A DNA stretch of 64,000 bases from the human T2T-CHM13v2.0 reference genome, Homo sapiens: NCBI RefSeq assembly GCF_009914755.1, contig NC_060928.1; one strand, 5' to 3'. The notes under the pieces were generated by a model. That model made no database searches, was not told the origin of the DNA, and saw only the letters and a list, made by a program, of their open reading frames with translations. Shown here one piece after another: positions 1-12,200 of this stretch; position 1 is the first letter of the stretch; the number at the start of each line of letters is the position of its first letter. Made by a program: the position numbers and the translations under genes.

Positions 1-295
1 TACTCAGGAACTTCTTTGTGATGTTTGCATTCAAGTCACAGAATTGAACATTCCCTTTCATAGAGCAGGTTTGAAACACTCTTTCTCTAGTATCTGGAAG
101 TGGGCATTTCAAGCGCTTTCAGGCCTATGGAGAGAAAGGAAATACCTTCAAATAAAAACTAGACAGAAGCATTCTCAGAAACTTATTTGTGATGTGTGTC
201 CTCAACTAACAGAGTTGAACCTTTGTTTTGATACAGCATTTTGGAAACACTCCTTTTGTAGAATCTGCAGGTGGATATTTGGATAGCTTTGAAGA

Positions 296-312
296 TTTCG
301 TTGGAAACCGGA
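296..312 (+). promoter_or_regulatory. Degenerate CENP-B box (M2)
   Basis: TTTCGTTGGAAACCGGA: the required CGGG is replaced by CCGG. Confidence 0.85.
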
Positions 313-467
313 ATATCTTCATATAAAATCAAGACAGAAGCATTCTCGGAAACATCTCTGTGATGTTTGCATTCAACTCAGTAGAGTTGAACACTTCCTT
401 TCATAGAGCAGGTTTGAAACACTCTTTCTGCACTACCTGGAAGCGGACATTTCGAGCGCTTTGAGGC

Positions 468-484
468 CTATGGTGAAAAAGGAA
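468..484 (+). promoter_or_regulatory. pJ-alpha (A-box) motif of A-type monomer M3, with variants in M1, M6, M8, M10, M13, M15, M18
   Basis: CTATGGTGAAAAAGGAA lies at the position occupied by the CENP-B box in B monomers. Confidence 0.8.
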
Positions 485-638
485 ATATCTTCTCATAAAA
501 ACCAGAAAGAAGCATTCTCAGAAACTTCTTTGTGTTGTGTGTACTCAAGTAACAGTGTTGAACCTTCCTTTTGACACAGCAGTTTTGAAACACTCTTTTG
601 GTAGAATCTGCAAGTGGATATTTGGATAGCTTTGAGGA

Positions 639-655
639 TTTCGTTGGAAACGGGT
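639..655 (+). promoter_or_regulatory. CENP-B box, intact core (M4), repeated in each HOR
   Basis: TTTCGTTGGAAACGGGT matches the core NTTCGNNNNANNCGGGN. Confidence 0.9.
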
Positions 656-808
656 TATCTTCATATAAAATCCAGACAGGAGCATTCTCAGAAACTTCTT
701 TGTGCTGCATGTCCTCAATTCACAGAGCTGAACCTTTGTTTGGATACAGCATTTTGGAAACATTCCTTTAGTAGAATCTGCAAGTTGATATTTAGATAGC
801 TTTGAAGA

Positions 809-825
809 TTTCGTTGGAAACGGGA
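809..825 (+). promoter_or_regulatory. CENP-B box, intact (M5)
   Basis: TTTCGTTGGAAACGGGA. Confidence 0.93.
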
Positions 826-1148
826 ATATCTTCATAGAAAATCTAGATGGAAGCATTCTCAGAAACTGCTTTGTGATGTTTGCATTCAAGTCACAGAGTT
901 GAATATTCCCTTTTATAGAGTAGGTTTGAAACACTCTTTTGGCACTACCTGGAAGTGGATATTTCGAGCTCTTTGAGGCCTATGGTTAAAAGGAAATATC
1001 TTCCCATAAAAACTAGACAGAAGCCGTCTCAGAAACTTGTTTGTGATGTGTGTATTCAGCTAACAGAGTTGAACATTTCTGTTACAGAGCAATTTTAAAA
1101 CACTCTTTTTGTGGAATCTGAAAGTGGATAATTGGATAGCTTTGTGGA

Positions 1149-1165
1149 TTTCGTTGGAAACGGGA
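1149..1165 (+). promoter_or_regulatory. CENP-B box, intact (M7)
   Basis: TTTCGTTGGAAACGGGA. Confidence 0.93.
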
Positions 1166-1486
1166 TGACGTATAAAATCTAGAGAGAAGCATTCTCAGGA
1201 ACTTCTTTGTGATGTTTGCATTCAAGTCACAGAATTGAACATTCCCTTTCATAGAGCAGGTTTGAAACACCCTTTCTCTAGTATCTGGAAGTGGGCATTT
1301 CAAGCGCTTTCAGGCCTATGGAGAGAAAGGAAATACCTTCAAATAAAAACTAGACAGAAGCATTCTCAGAAACTTATTTGTGATGTGTGTCCTCAACTAA
1401 CAGAGTTGAACCTTTGTTTTGATACAGCATTTTGGAAACACTCCTTTTGTAGGATCTGCAGGTGGATATTTGGATAGATTTTAAGA

Positions 1487-1503
1487 TTTCGTTGGAAACG
1501 GGA
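1487..1503 (+). promoter_or_regulatory. CENP-B box, intact (M9)
   Basis: TTTCGTTGGAAACGGGA. Confidence 0.93.
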
Positions 1504-1828
1504 GTTTCTTCATAGAAACTCAAGACAGATGCATTCTCAGAAACATCTCTGTGATGTTTGCATTCCACTCATAGATTTGAAAACTTCCTTTCATAGAGCA
1601 GGTTTGAAACACTCTTTTTGTAATATTTGGAAGTGGACATTTGCAGCGCTTTGAGGCCTATGGTGAAAAAGGAAATATCTTCTCATAAAAACCAGAAACA
1701 AGCATTCTCAGAAACTTCTTTTTGATGTGTGTACTCAAGTAACAGAGTTGAACCTTCCTTTTGACACAGCAGTTTTGAAACAATCTTTTTGTAGAATCTG
1801 CAAGTGGATATTTGGATAGCTTTGAGGA

Positions 1829-1845
1829 TTTCGTTGGAAACGGGA
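1829..1845 (+). promoter_or_regulatory. CENP-B box, intact (M11)
   Basis: TTTCGTTGGAAACGGGA. Confidence 0.93.
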
Positions 1846-1998
1846 TATCTTCATATAAAATCTAGACAGAAGCATTCTCAGAAACTTCTTTGTGCTGTAT
1901 GTCCTCAATTAACAGAGTTGAACCATTGCTTGGATACAGCATTTTGGAAACATTCCTTGAGTAGAATCTGCAAGTTGATATTTAGATAGATTTGAAGA

Positions 1999-2015
1999 TT
2001 TCGTTGGAAAAGGGA
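1999..2015 (+). promoter_or_regulatory. Degenerate CENP-B box (M12)
   Basis: TTTCGTTGGAAAAGGGA: CGGG is replaced by AGGG. Confidence 0.85.
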
Positions 2016-2340
2016 ATATCTCCATATAAAATCTAGAGGGAAGCATTCTCAGAAACTGCTTTGTGATGTTTCCATTCAAGTCACAGAGTTGAATATTCCC
2101 TTTTATAGAGCACGTTTGAAACACTCTTTCTGCACTATCTGGAAGTGGACATTTCGAGCGCTTTGAGGCCTATGGTGAAAAAGGAAATATCTTCCCATAA
2201 AAACTAGACAGAAGCATTCTCAGAAACTTGTTTGTGATGTGTGTATTCAACTAACAGAGTTGAACTTTTGTTTTTACAGAGCCGTTTTAAAACACTCTTT
2301 TTGTGGAATCAGAAAGTGGATATTCGGATGGCTCTGAGGA

Positions 2341-2357
2341 TTTCGTTGGAAGCGGGA
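2341..2357 (+). promoter_or_regulatory. CENP-B box, intact (M14)
   Basis: TTTCGTTGGAAGCGGGA fits YTTCGTTGGAARCGGGA. Confidence 0.93.
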
Positions 2358-2678
2358 TTACATATAAAATCTAGAGAGAAGCATTCTCAGGAACTTCTTT
2401 GTGATGTTTGCATTGAAGTCACAGAATTGAACATTCACTTTGATAGAGCAGGTTTGAAACACTCATTCTGTAGTATCTGGAAGTGGACATTTCAAGCGCT
2501 TTCAGGCCTATGGTGAGAAAGGAAATATCTTCGAATAAAAACTAGACAGAAGCATCCTCAGAAACTTATTTGTGATGTGTGTCCTCAACTAACAGAGTTG
2601 AAACTTTGTTTTGATACAGCATTTTGGAAACACTCTTTTTGTAGAATCTGCAGGTGGATATTTGGATAGCTTAGAGGG

Positions 2679-2695
2679 ATTCGTTGGAAAGGGGA
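2679..2695 (+). promoter_or_regulatory. Degenerate CENP-B box (M16)
   Basis: ATTCGTTGGAAAGGGGA: CGGG is replaced by GGGG. Confidence 0.85.
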
Positions 2696-2848
2696 TATCT
2701 TCATATAAAATCTAGACAGAAGCATTCTCAGAAACTTATTTGTGATGTGTGTCCTCAACTAACAGAGTTGAACCTTGGTTTTGATACAGCATTTTGGAAA
2801 CGCTCCTTTTGTAGAATCTGCAGGTGGATATGTGGATAGCTCTGAAGA

Positions 2849-2865
2849 TTTCGTTGGAAACGGGA
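2849..2865 (+). promoter_or_regulatory. CENP-B box, intact (M17)
   Basis: TTTCGTTGGAAACGGGA. Confidence 0.93.
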
Positions 2866-3189
2866 ATTTCTTCATATAAAATCAAACAGAAGCATTCTCA
2901 GAAACTTCTCAGTGATGTTTGCATTCAGCTCATGGAGTTGAACACTTCCTTTCATAGAGCCGGTTTGAAACACTCTTTCTGCACTACCTGGAAGAGGACA
3001 TTTCGAGCGCTTTGAGTCCTATGGTGAAAAAGGAAATATCTTCTCATAAAAACCAGAAAGAAGCATTCTCAGAAACTTCTTTGTGTTGTGTGTACTCATG
3101 TAACAGTGTTGAACCATCCTTTTGACAGAGCAGTTTTGAAACACTCTTTTTGTAGAATCTGCAAGTGGATATTTGGATAGCTTTGAGGA

Positions 3190-3206
3190 TTTCGTTGGAA
3201 ACGGGA
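3190..3206 (+). promoter_or_regulatory. CENP-B box, intact (M19)
   Basis: TTTCGTTGGAAACGGGA. Confidence 0.93.
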
Positions 3207-6200
3207 TGACATATAGTATCTAGAGAGAAGCATACTCAGGAACTTCTTTGTGATGTTTGCATTCAAGTCACAGAATTGAACATTCCCTTTCATAGAGCAG
3301 GTTTGAAACACTCTTTCTCTAGTATCTGGAAGTGGGCATTTCAAGCGCTTTCAGGCCTATGGAGAGAAAGGAAATACCTTCAAATAAAAACTAGACAGAA
3401 GCATTCTCAGAAACTTATTTGTGATGTGTGTCCTCAACTAACAGAGTTGAACCTTTGTTTTGATACAGCATTTTGGAAACACTCCTTTTGTAGAATCTGC
3501 AGGTGGATATTTGGATAGCTTTGAAGATTTCGTTGGAAACCGGAATATCTTCATATAAAATCAAGACAGAAGCATTCTCGGAAACATCTCTGTGATGTTT
3601 GCATTCAACTCAGTAGAGTTGAACACTTCCTTTCATAGAGCAGGTTTGAAACACTCTTTCTGCACTACCTGGAAGCGGACATTTCGAGCGCTTTGAGGCC
3701 TATGGTGAAAAAGGAAATATCTTCTCATAAAAACCAGAAAGAAGCATTCTCAGAAACTTCTTTGTGTTGTGTGTACTCAAGTAACAGTGTTGAACCTTCC
3801 TTTTGACACAGCAGTTTTGAAACACTCTTTTGGTAGAATCTGCAAGTGGATATTTGGATAGCTTTGAGGATTTCGTTGGAAACGGGTTATCTTCATATAA
3901 AATCCAGACAGGAGCATTCTCAGAAACTTCTTTGTGCTGCATGTCCTCAATTCACAGAGCTGAACCTTTGTTTGGATACAGCATTTTGGAAACATTCCTT
4001 TAGTAGAATCTGCAAGTTGATATTTAGATAGCTTTGAAGATTTCGTTGGAAACGGGAATATCTTCATAGAAAATCTAGACGGAAGCATTCTCAGAAACTG
4101 CTTTGTGATGTTTGCATTCAAGTCACAGAGTTGAATATTCCCTTTTATAGAGTAGGTTTGAAACACTCTTTTGGCACTACCTGGAAGTGGATATTTCGAG
4201 CTCTTTGAGGCCTATGGTTAAAAGGAAATATCTTCCCATAAAAACTAGACAGAAGCCGTCTCAGAAACTTGTTTGTGATGTGTGTATTCAACTAACAGAG
4301 TTGAACATTTCTGTTACAGAGCAATTTTAAAACACTCTTTTTGTGGAATCTGAAAGTGGATAATTGGATAGCTTTGTGGATTTCGTTGGAAACGGGATGA
4401 CGTATAAAATCTAGAGAGAAGCATTCTCAGGAACTTCTTTGTGATGTTTGCATTCAAGTCACAGAATTGAACATTCCCTTTCATAGAGCAGGTTTGAAAC
4501 ACTCTTTCTCTAGTATCTGGAAGTGGGCATTTCAAGCGCTTTCAGGCCTATGGAGAGAAAGGAAATACCTTCAAATAAAAACTAGACAGAAGCATTCTCA
4601 GAAACTTATTTGTGATGTGTGTCCTCAACTAACAGAGTTGAACCTTTGTTTTGATACAGCATTTTGGAAACACTCCTTTTGTAGGATCTGCAGGTGGATA
4701 TTTGGATAGATTTTAAGATTTCGTTGGAAACGGGAGTTTCTTCATAGAAACTCAAGACAGATGCATTCTCAGAAACATCTCTGTGATGTTTGCATTCCAC
4801 TCATAGATTTGAAAACTTCCTTTCATAGAGCAGGTTTGAAACACTCTTTTTGTAATATTTGGAAGTGGACATTTGCAGCGCTTTGAGGCCTATGGTGAAA
4901 AAGGAAATATCTTCTCATAAAAACCAGAAACAAGCATTCTCAGAAACTTCTTTTTGATGTGTGTACTCAAGTAACAGAGTTGAACCTTCCTTTTGACACA
5001 GCAGTTTTGAAACAATCTTTTTGTAGAATCTGCAAGTGGATATTTGGATAGCTTTGAGGATTTCGTTGGAAACGGGATATCTTCATATAAAATCTAGACA
5101 GAAGCATTCTCAGAAACTTCTTTGTGCTGTATGTCCTCAATTAACAGAGTTGAACCATTGCTTGGATACAGCATTTTGGAAACATTCCTTGAGTAGAATC
5201 TGCAAGTTGATATTTAGATAGATTTGAAGATTTCGTTGGAAAAGGGAATATCTCCATATAAAATCTAGAGGGAAGCATTCTCAGAAACTGCTTTGTGATG
5301 TTTCCATTCAAGTCACAGAGTTGAATATTCCCTTTTATAGAGCACGTTTGAAACACTCTTTCTGCACTATCTGGAAGTGGACATTTCGAGCGCTTTGAGG
5401 CCTATGGTGAAAAAGGAAATATCTTCCCATAAAAACTAGACAGAAGCATTCTCAGAAACTTGTTTGTGATGTGTGTATTCAACTAACAGAGTTGAACTTT
5501 TGTTTTTACAGAGCCGTTTTAAAACACTCTTTTTGTGGAATCAGAAAGTGGATATTCGGATGGCTCTGAGGATTTCGTTGGAAGCGGGATTACATATAAA
5601 ATCTAGAGAGAAGCATTCTCAGGAACTTCTTTGTGATGTTTGCATTGAAGTCACAGAATTGAACATTCACTTTGATAGAGCAGGTTTGAAACACTCATTC
5701 TGTAGTATCTGGAAGTGGACATTTCAAGCGCTTTCAGGCCTATGGTGAGAAAGGAAATATCTTCGAATAAAAACTAGACAGAAGCATCCTCAGAAACTTA
5801 TTTGTGATGTGTGTCCTCAACTAACAGAGTTGAAACTTTGTTTTGATACAGCATTTTGGAAACACTCTTTTTGTAGAATCTGCAGGTGGATATTTGGATA
5901 GCTTAGAGGGATTCGTTGGAAAGGGGATATCTTCATATAAAATCTAGACAGAAGCATTCTCAGAAACTTATTTGTGATGTGTGTCCTCAACTAACAGAGT
6001 TGAACCTTGGTTTTGATACAGCATTTTGGAAACGCTCCTTTTGTAGAATCTGCAGGTGGATATGTGGATAGCTCTGAAGATTTCGTTGGAAACGGGAATT
6101 TCTTCATATAAAATCAAACAGAAGCATTCTCAGAAACTTCTCAGTGATGTTTGCATTCAGCTCATGGAGTTGAACACTTCCTTTCATAGAGCCGGTTTGA

Positions 6201-9200
6201 AACACTCTTTCTGCACTACCTGGAAGAGGACATTTCGAGCGCTTTGAGTCCTATGGTGAAAAAGGAAATATCTTCTCATAAAAACCAGAAAGAAGCATTC
6301 TCAGAAACTTCTTTGTGTTGTGTGTACTCATGTAACAGTGTTGAACCATCCTTTTGACAGAGCAGTTTTGAAACACTCTTTTTGTAGAATCTGCAAGTGG
6401 ATATTTGGATAGCTTTGAGGATTTCGTTGGAAACGGGATGACATATAGTATCTAGAGAGAAGCATACTCAGGAACTTCTTTGTGATGTTTGCATTCAAGT
6501 CACAGAATTGAACATTCCCTTTCATAGAGCAGGTTTGAAACACTCTTTCTCTAGTATCTGGAAGTGGGCATTTCAAGCGCTTTCAGGCCTATGGAGAGAA
6601 AGGAAATACCTTCAAATAAAAACTAGACAGAAGCATTCTCAGAAACTTATTTGTGATGTGTGTCCTCAACTAACAGAGTTGAACCTTTGTTTTGATACAG
6701 CATTTTGGAAACACTCCTTTTGTAGAATCTGCAGGTGGATATTTGGATAGCTTTGAAGATTTCGTTGGAAACCGGAATATCTTCATATAAAATCAAGACA
6801 GAAGCATTCTCGGAAACATCTCTGTGATGTTTGCATTCAACTCAGTAGAGTTGAACACTTCCTTTCATAGAGCAGGTTTGAAACACTCTTTCTGCACTAC
6901 CTGGAAGCGGACATTTCGAGCGCTTTGAGGCCTATGGTGAAAAAGGAAATATCTTCTCATAAAAACCAGAAAGAAGCATTCTCAGAAACTTCTTTGTGTT
7001 GTGTGTACTCAAGTAACAGTGTTGAACCTTCCTTTTGACACAGCAGTTTTGAAACACTCTTTTGGTAGAATCTGCAAGTGGATATTTGGATAGCTTTGAG
7101 GATTTCGTTGGAAACGGGTTATCTTCATATAAAATCCAGACAGGAGCATTCTCAGAAACTTCTTTGTGCTGCATGTCCTCAATTCACAGAGCTGAACCTT
7201 TGTTTGGATACAGCATTTTGGAAACATTCCTTTAGTAGAATCTGCAAGTTGATATTTAGATAGCTTTGAAGATTTCGTTGGAAACGGGAATATCTTCATA
7301 GAAAATCTAGATGGAAGCATTCTCAGAAACTGCTTTGTGATGTTTGCATTCAAGTCACAGAGTTGAATATTCCCTTTTATAGAGTAGGTTTGAAACACTC
7401 TTTTGGCACTACCTGGAAGTGGATATTTCGAGCTCTTTGAGGCCTATGGTTAAAAGGAAATATCTTCCCATAAAAACTAGACAGAAGCCGTCTCAGAAAC
7501 TTGTTTGTGATGTGTGTATTCAGCTAACAGAGTTGAACATTTCTGTTACAGAGCAATTTTAAAACACTCTTTTTGTGGAATCTGAAAGTGGATAATTGGA
7601 TAGCTTTGTGGATTTCGTTGGAAACGGGATGACGTATAAAATCTAGAGAGAAGCATTCTCAGGAACTTCTTTGTGATGTTTGCATTCAAGTCACAGAATT
7701 GAACATTCCCTTTCATAGAGCAGGTTTGAAACACCCTTTCTCTAGTATCTGGAAGTGGGCATTTCAAGCGCTTTCAGGCCTATGGAGAGAAAGGAAATAC
7801 CTTCAAATAAAAACTAGACAGAAGCATTCTCAGAAACTTATTTGTGATGTGTGTCCTCAACTAACAGAGTTGAACCTTTGTTTTGATACAGCATTTTGGA
7901 AACACTCCTTTTGTAGGATCTGCAGGTGGATATTTGGATAGATTTTAAGATTTCGTTGGAAACGGGAGTTTCTTCATAGAAACTCAAGACAGATGCATTC
8001 TCAGAAACATCTCTGTGATGTTTGCATTCCACTCATAGATTTGAAAACTTCCTTTCATAGAGCAGGTTTGAAACACTCTTTTTGTAATATTTGGAAGTGG
8101 ACATTTGCAGCGCTTTGAGGCCTATGGTGAAAAAGGAAATATCTTCTCATAAAAACCAGAAACAAGCATTCTCAGAAACTTCTTTTTGATGTGTGTACTC
8201 AAGTAACAGAGTTGAACCTTCCTTTTGACACAGCAGTTTTGAAACAATCTTTTTGTAGAATCTGCAAGTGGATATTTGGATAGCTTTGAGGATTTCGTTG
8301 GAAACGGGATATCTTCATATAAAATCTAGACAGAAGCATTCTCAGAAACTTCTTTGTGCTGTATGTCCTCAATTAACAGAGTTGAACCATTGCTTGGATA
8401 CAGCATTTTGGAAACATTCCTTGAGTAGAATCTGCAAGTTGATATTTAGATAGATTTGAAGATTTCGTTGGAAAAGGGAATATCTCCATATAAAATCTAG
8501 AGGGAAGCATTCTCAGAAACTGCTTTGTGATGTTTCCATTCAAGTCACAGAGTTGAATATTCCCTTTTATAGAGCACGTTTGAAACACTCTTTCTGCACT
8601 ATCTGGAAGTGGACATTTCGAGCGCTTTGAGGCCTATGGTGAAAAAGGAAATATCTTCCCATAAAAACTAGACAGAAGCATTCTCAGAAACTTGTTTGTG
8701 ATGTGTGTATTCAACTAACAGAGTTGAACTTTTGTTTTTACAGAGCCGTTTTAAAACACTCTTTTTGTGGAATCAGAAAGTGGATATTCGGATGGCTCTG
8801 AGGATTTCGTTGGAAGCGGGATTACATATAAAATCTAGAGAGAAGCATTCTCAGGAACTTCTTTGTGATGTTTGCATTGAAGTCACAGAATTGAACATTC
8901 ACTTTGATAGAGCAGGTTTGAAACACTCATTCTGTAGTATCTGGAAGTGGACATTTCAAGCGCTTTCAGGCCTATGGTGAGAAAGGAAATATCTTCGAAT
9001 AAAAACTAGACAGAAGCATCCTCAGAAACTTATTTGTGATGTGTGTCCTCAACTAACAGAGTTGAAACTTTGTTTTGATACAGCATTTTGGAAACACTCT
9101 TTTTGTAGAATCTGCAGGTGGATATTTGGATAGCTTAGAGGGATTCGTTGGAAAGGGGATATCTTCATATAAAATCTAGACAGAAGCATTCTCAGAAACT

Positions 9201-12200
9201 TATTTGTGATGTGTGTCCTCAACTAACAGAGTTGAACCTTGGTTTTGATACAGCATTTTGGAAACGCTCCTTTTGTAGAATCTGCAGGTGGATATGTGGA
9301 TAGCTCTGAAGATTTCGTTGGAAACGGGAATTTCTTCATATAAAATCAAACAGAAGCATTCTCAGAAACTTCTCAGTGATGTTTGCATTCAGCTCATGGA
9401 GTTGAACACTTCCTTTCATAGAGCCGGTTTGAAACACTCTTTCTGCACTACCTGGAAGAGGACATTTCGAGCGCTTTGAGTCCTATGGTGAAAAAGGAAA
9501 TATCTTCTCATAAAAACCAGAAAGAAGCATTCTCAGAAACTTCTTTGTGTTGTGTGTACTCATGTAACAGTGTTGAACCATCCTTTTGACAGAGCAGTTT
9601 TGAAACACTCTTTTTGTAGAATCTGCAAGTGGATATTTGGATAGCTTTGAGGATTTCGTTGGAAACGGGATGACATATAGTATCTAGAGAGAAGCATACT
9701 CAGGAACTTCTTTGTGATGTTTGCATTCAAGTCACAGAATTGAACATTCCCTTTCATAGAGCAGGTTTGAAACACTCTTTCTCTAGTATCTGGAAGTGGG
9801 CATTTCAAGCGCTTTCAGGCCTATGGAGAGAAAGGAAATACCTTCAAATAAAAACTAGACAGAAGCATTCTCAGAAACTTATTTGTGATGTGTGTCCTCA
9901 ACTAACAGAGTTGAACCTTTGTTTTGATACAGCATTTTGGAAACACTCCTTTTGTAGAATCTGCAGGTGGATATTTGGATAGCTTTGAAGATTTCGTTGG
10001 AAACCGGAATATCTTCATATAAAATCAAGACAGAAGCATTCTCGGAAACATCTCTGTGATGTTTGCATTCAACTCAGTAGAGTTGAACACTTCCTTTCAT
10101 AGAGCAGGTTTGAAACACTCTTTCTGCACTACCTGGAAGCGGACATTTCGAGCGCTTTGAGGCCTATGGTGAAAAAGGAAATATCTTCTCATAAAAACCA
10201 GAAAGAAGCATTCTCAGAAACTTCTTTGTGTTGTGTGTACTCAAGTAACAGTGTTGAACCTTCCTTTTGACACAGCAGTTTTGAAACACTCTTTTGGTAG
10301 AATCTGCAAGTGGATATTTGGATAGCTTTGAGGATTTCGTTGGAAACGGGTTATCTTCATATAAAATCCAGACAGGAGCATTCTCAGAAACTTCTTTGTG
10401 CTGCATGTCCTCAATTCACAGAGCTGAACCTTTGTTTGGATACAGCATTTTGGAAACATTCCTTTAGTAGAATCTGCAAGTTGATATTTAGATAGCTTTG
10501 AAGATTTCGTTGGAAACGGGAATATCTTCATAGAAAATCTAGACGGAAGCATTCTCAGAAACTGCTTTGTGATGTTTGCATTCAAGTCACAGAGTTGAAT
10601 ATTCCCTTTTATAGAGTAGGTTTGAAACACTCTTTTGGCACTACCTGGAAGTGGATATTTCGAGCTCTTTGAGGCCTATGGTTAAAAGGAAATATCTTCC
10701 CATAAAAACTAGACAGAAGCCGTCTCAGAAACTTGTTTGTGATGTGTGTATTCAACTAACAGAGTTGAACATTTCTGTTACAGAGCAATTTTAAAACACT
10801 CTTTTTGTGGAATCTGAAAGTGGATAATTGGATAGCTTTGTGGATTTCGTTGGAAACGGGATGACGTATAAAATCTAGAGAGAAGCATTCTCAGGAACTT
10901 CTTTGTGATGTTTGCATTCAAGTCACAGAATTGAACATTCCCTTTCATAGAGCAGGTTTGAAACACTCTTTCTCTAGTATCTGGAAGTGGGCATTTCAAG
11001 CGCTTTCAGGCCTATGGAGAGAAAGGAAATACCTTCAAATAAAAACTAGACAGAAGCATTCTCAGAAACTTATTTGTGATGTGTGTCCTCAACTAACAGA
11101 GTTGAACCTTTGTTTTGATACAGCATTTTGGAAACACTCCTTTTGTAGGATCTGCAGGTGGATATTTGGATAGATTTTAAGATTTCGTTGGAAACGGGAG
11201 TTTCTTCATAGAAACTCAAGACAGATGCATTCTCAGAAACATCTCTGTGATGTTTGCATTCCACTCATAGATTTGAAAACTTCCTTTCATAGAGCAGGTT
11301 TGAAACACTCTTTTTGTAATATTTGGAAGTGGACATTTGCAGCGCTTTGAGGCCTATGGTGAAAAAGGAAATATCTTCTCATAAAAACCAGAAACAAGCA
11401 TTCTCAGAAACTTCTTTTTGATGTGTGTACTCAAGTAACAGAGTTGAACCTTCCTTTTGACACAGCAGTTTTGAAACAATCTTTTTGTAGAATCTGCAAG
11501 TGGATATTTGGATAGCTTTGAGGATTTCGTTGGAAACGGGATATCTTCATATAAAATCTAGACAGAAGCATTCTCAGAAACTTCTTTGTGCTGTATGTCC
11601 TCAATTAACAGAGTTGAACCATTGCTTGGATACAGCATTTTGGAAACATTCCTTGAGTAGAATCTGCAAGTTGATATTTAGATAGATTTGAAGATTTCGT
11701 TGGAAAAGGGAATATCTCCATATAAAATCTAGAGGGAAGCATTCTCAGAAACTGCTCTGTGATGTTTCCATTCAAGTCACAGAGTTGAATATTCCCTTTT
11801 ATAGAGCACGTTTGAAACACTCTTTCTGCACTATCTGGAAGTGGACATTTCGAGCGCTTTGAGGCCTATGGTGAAAAAGGAAATATCTTCCCATAAAAAC
11901 CAGACAGAAGCATTCTCAGAAACTTGTTTGTGATGTGTGTATTCAACTAACAGAGTTGAACTTTTGTTTTTACAGAGCCGTTTTAAAACACTCTTTTTGT
12001 GGAATCAGAAAGTGGATATTCGGATGGCTCTGAGGATTTCGTTGGAAGCGGGATTACATATAAAATCTAGAGAGAAGCATTCTCAGGAACTTCTTTGTGA
12101 TGTTTGCATTGAAGTCACAGAATTGAACATTCACTTTGATAGAGCAGGTTTGAAACACTCATTCTGTAGTATCTGGAAGTGGACATTTCAAGCGCTTTCA

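Larger units (their letters stand above)
1..3230 (+). repeat. Canonical 19-mer HOR unit (3,232 bp), probably human chr4 D4Z1 / S2C4H1L
   Basis: Monomer starts (CATTCTC-like): -1, 170, 341, 513, 683, 854, 1024, 1190, 1361, 1532, 1703, 1873, 2044, 2215, 2382, 2553, 2723, 2893, 3064, next unit 3231. Identical ORFs recur at exactly 3,232-bp steps (44, 3276, 6508 ...). The 19-mer structure is seen directly. The chr4 assignment rests on recalled knowledge that D4Z1 is the 19-mer/3.2-kb SF2 HOR, and the confidence value refers to that assignment. Confidence 0.8.

Noticed and set aside
111-126. Short palindromes (AAGCGCTT, AGGCCT) in A monomers as terminators or hairpin elements
   Set aside because: Ordinary short dyads of the alpha-satellite consensus. 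Too short to support a specific structural claim by eye.
663-670. TATA-like ATATAAAA downstream of CENP-B boxes
   Set aside because: Part of the standard B-monomer consensus. Sequence alone gives no evidence of promoter function.
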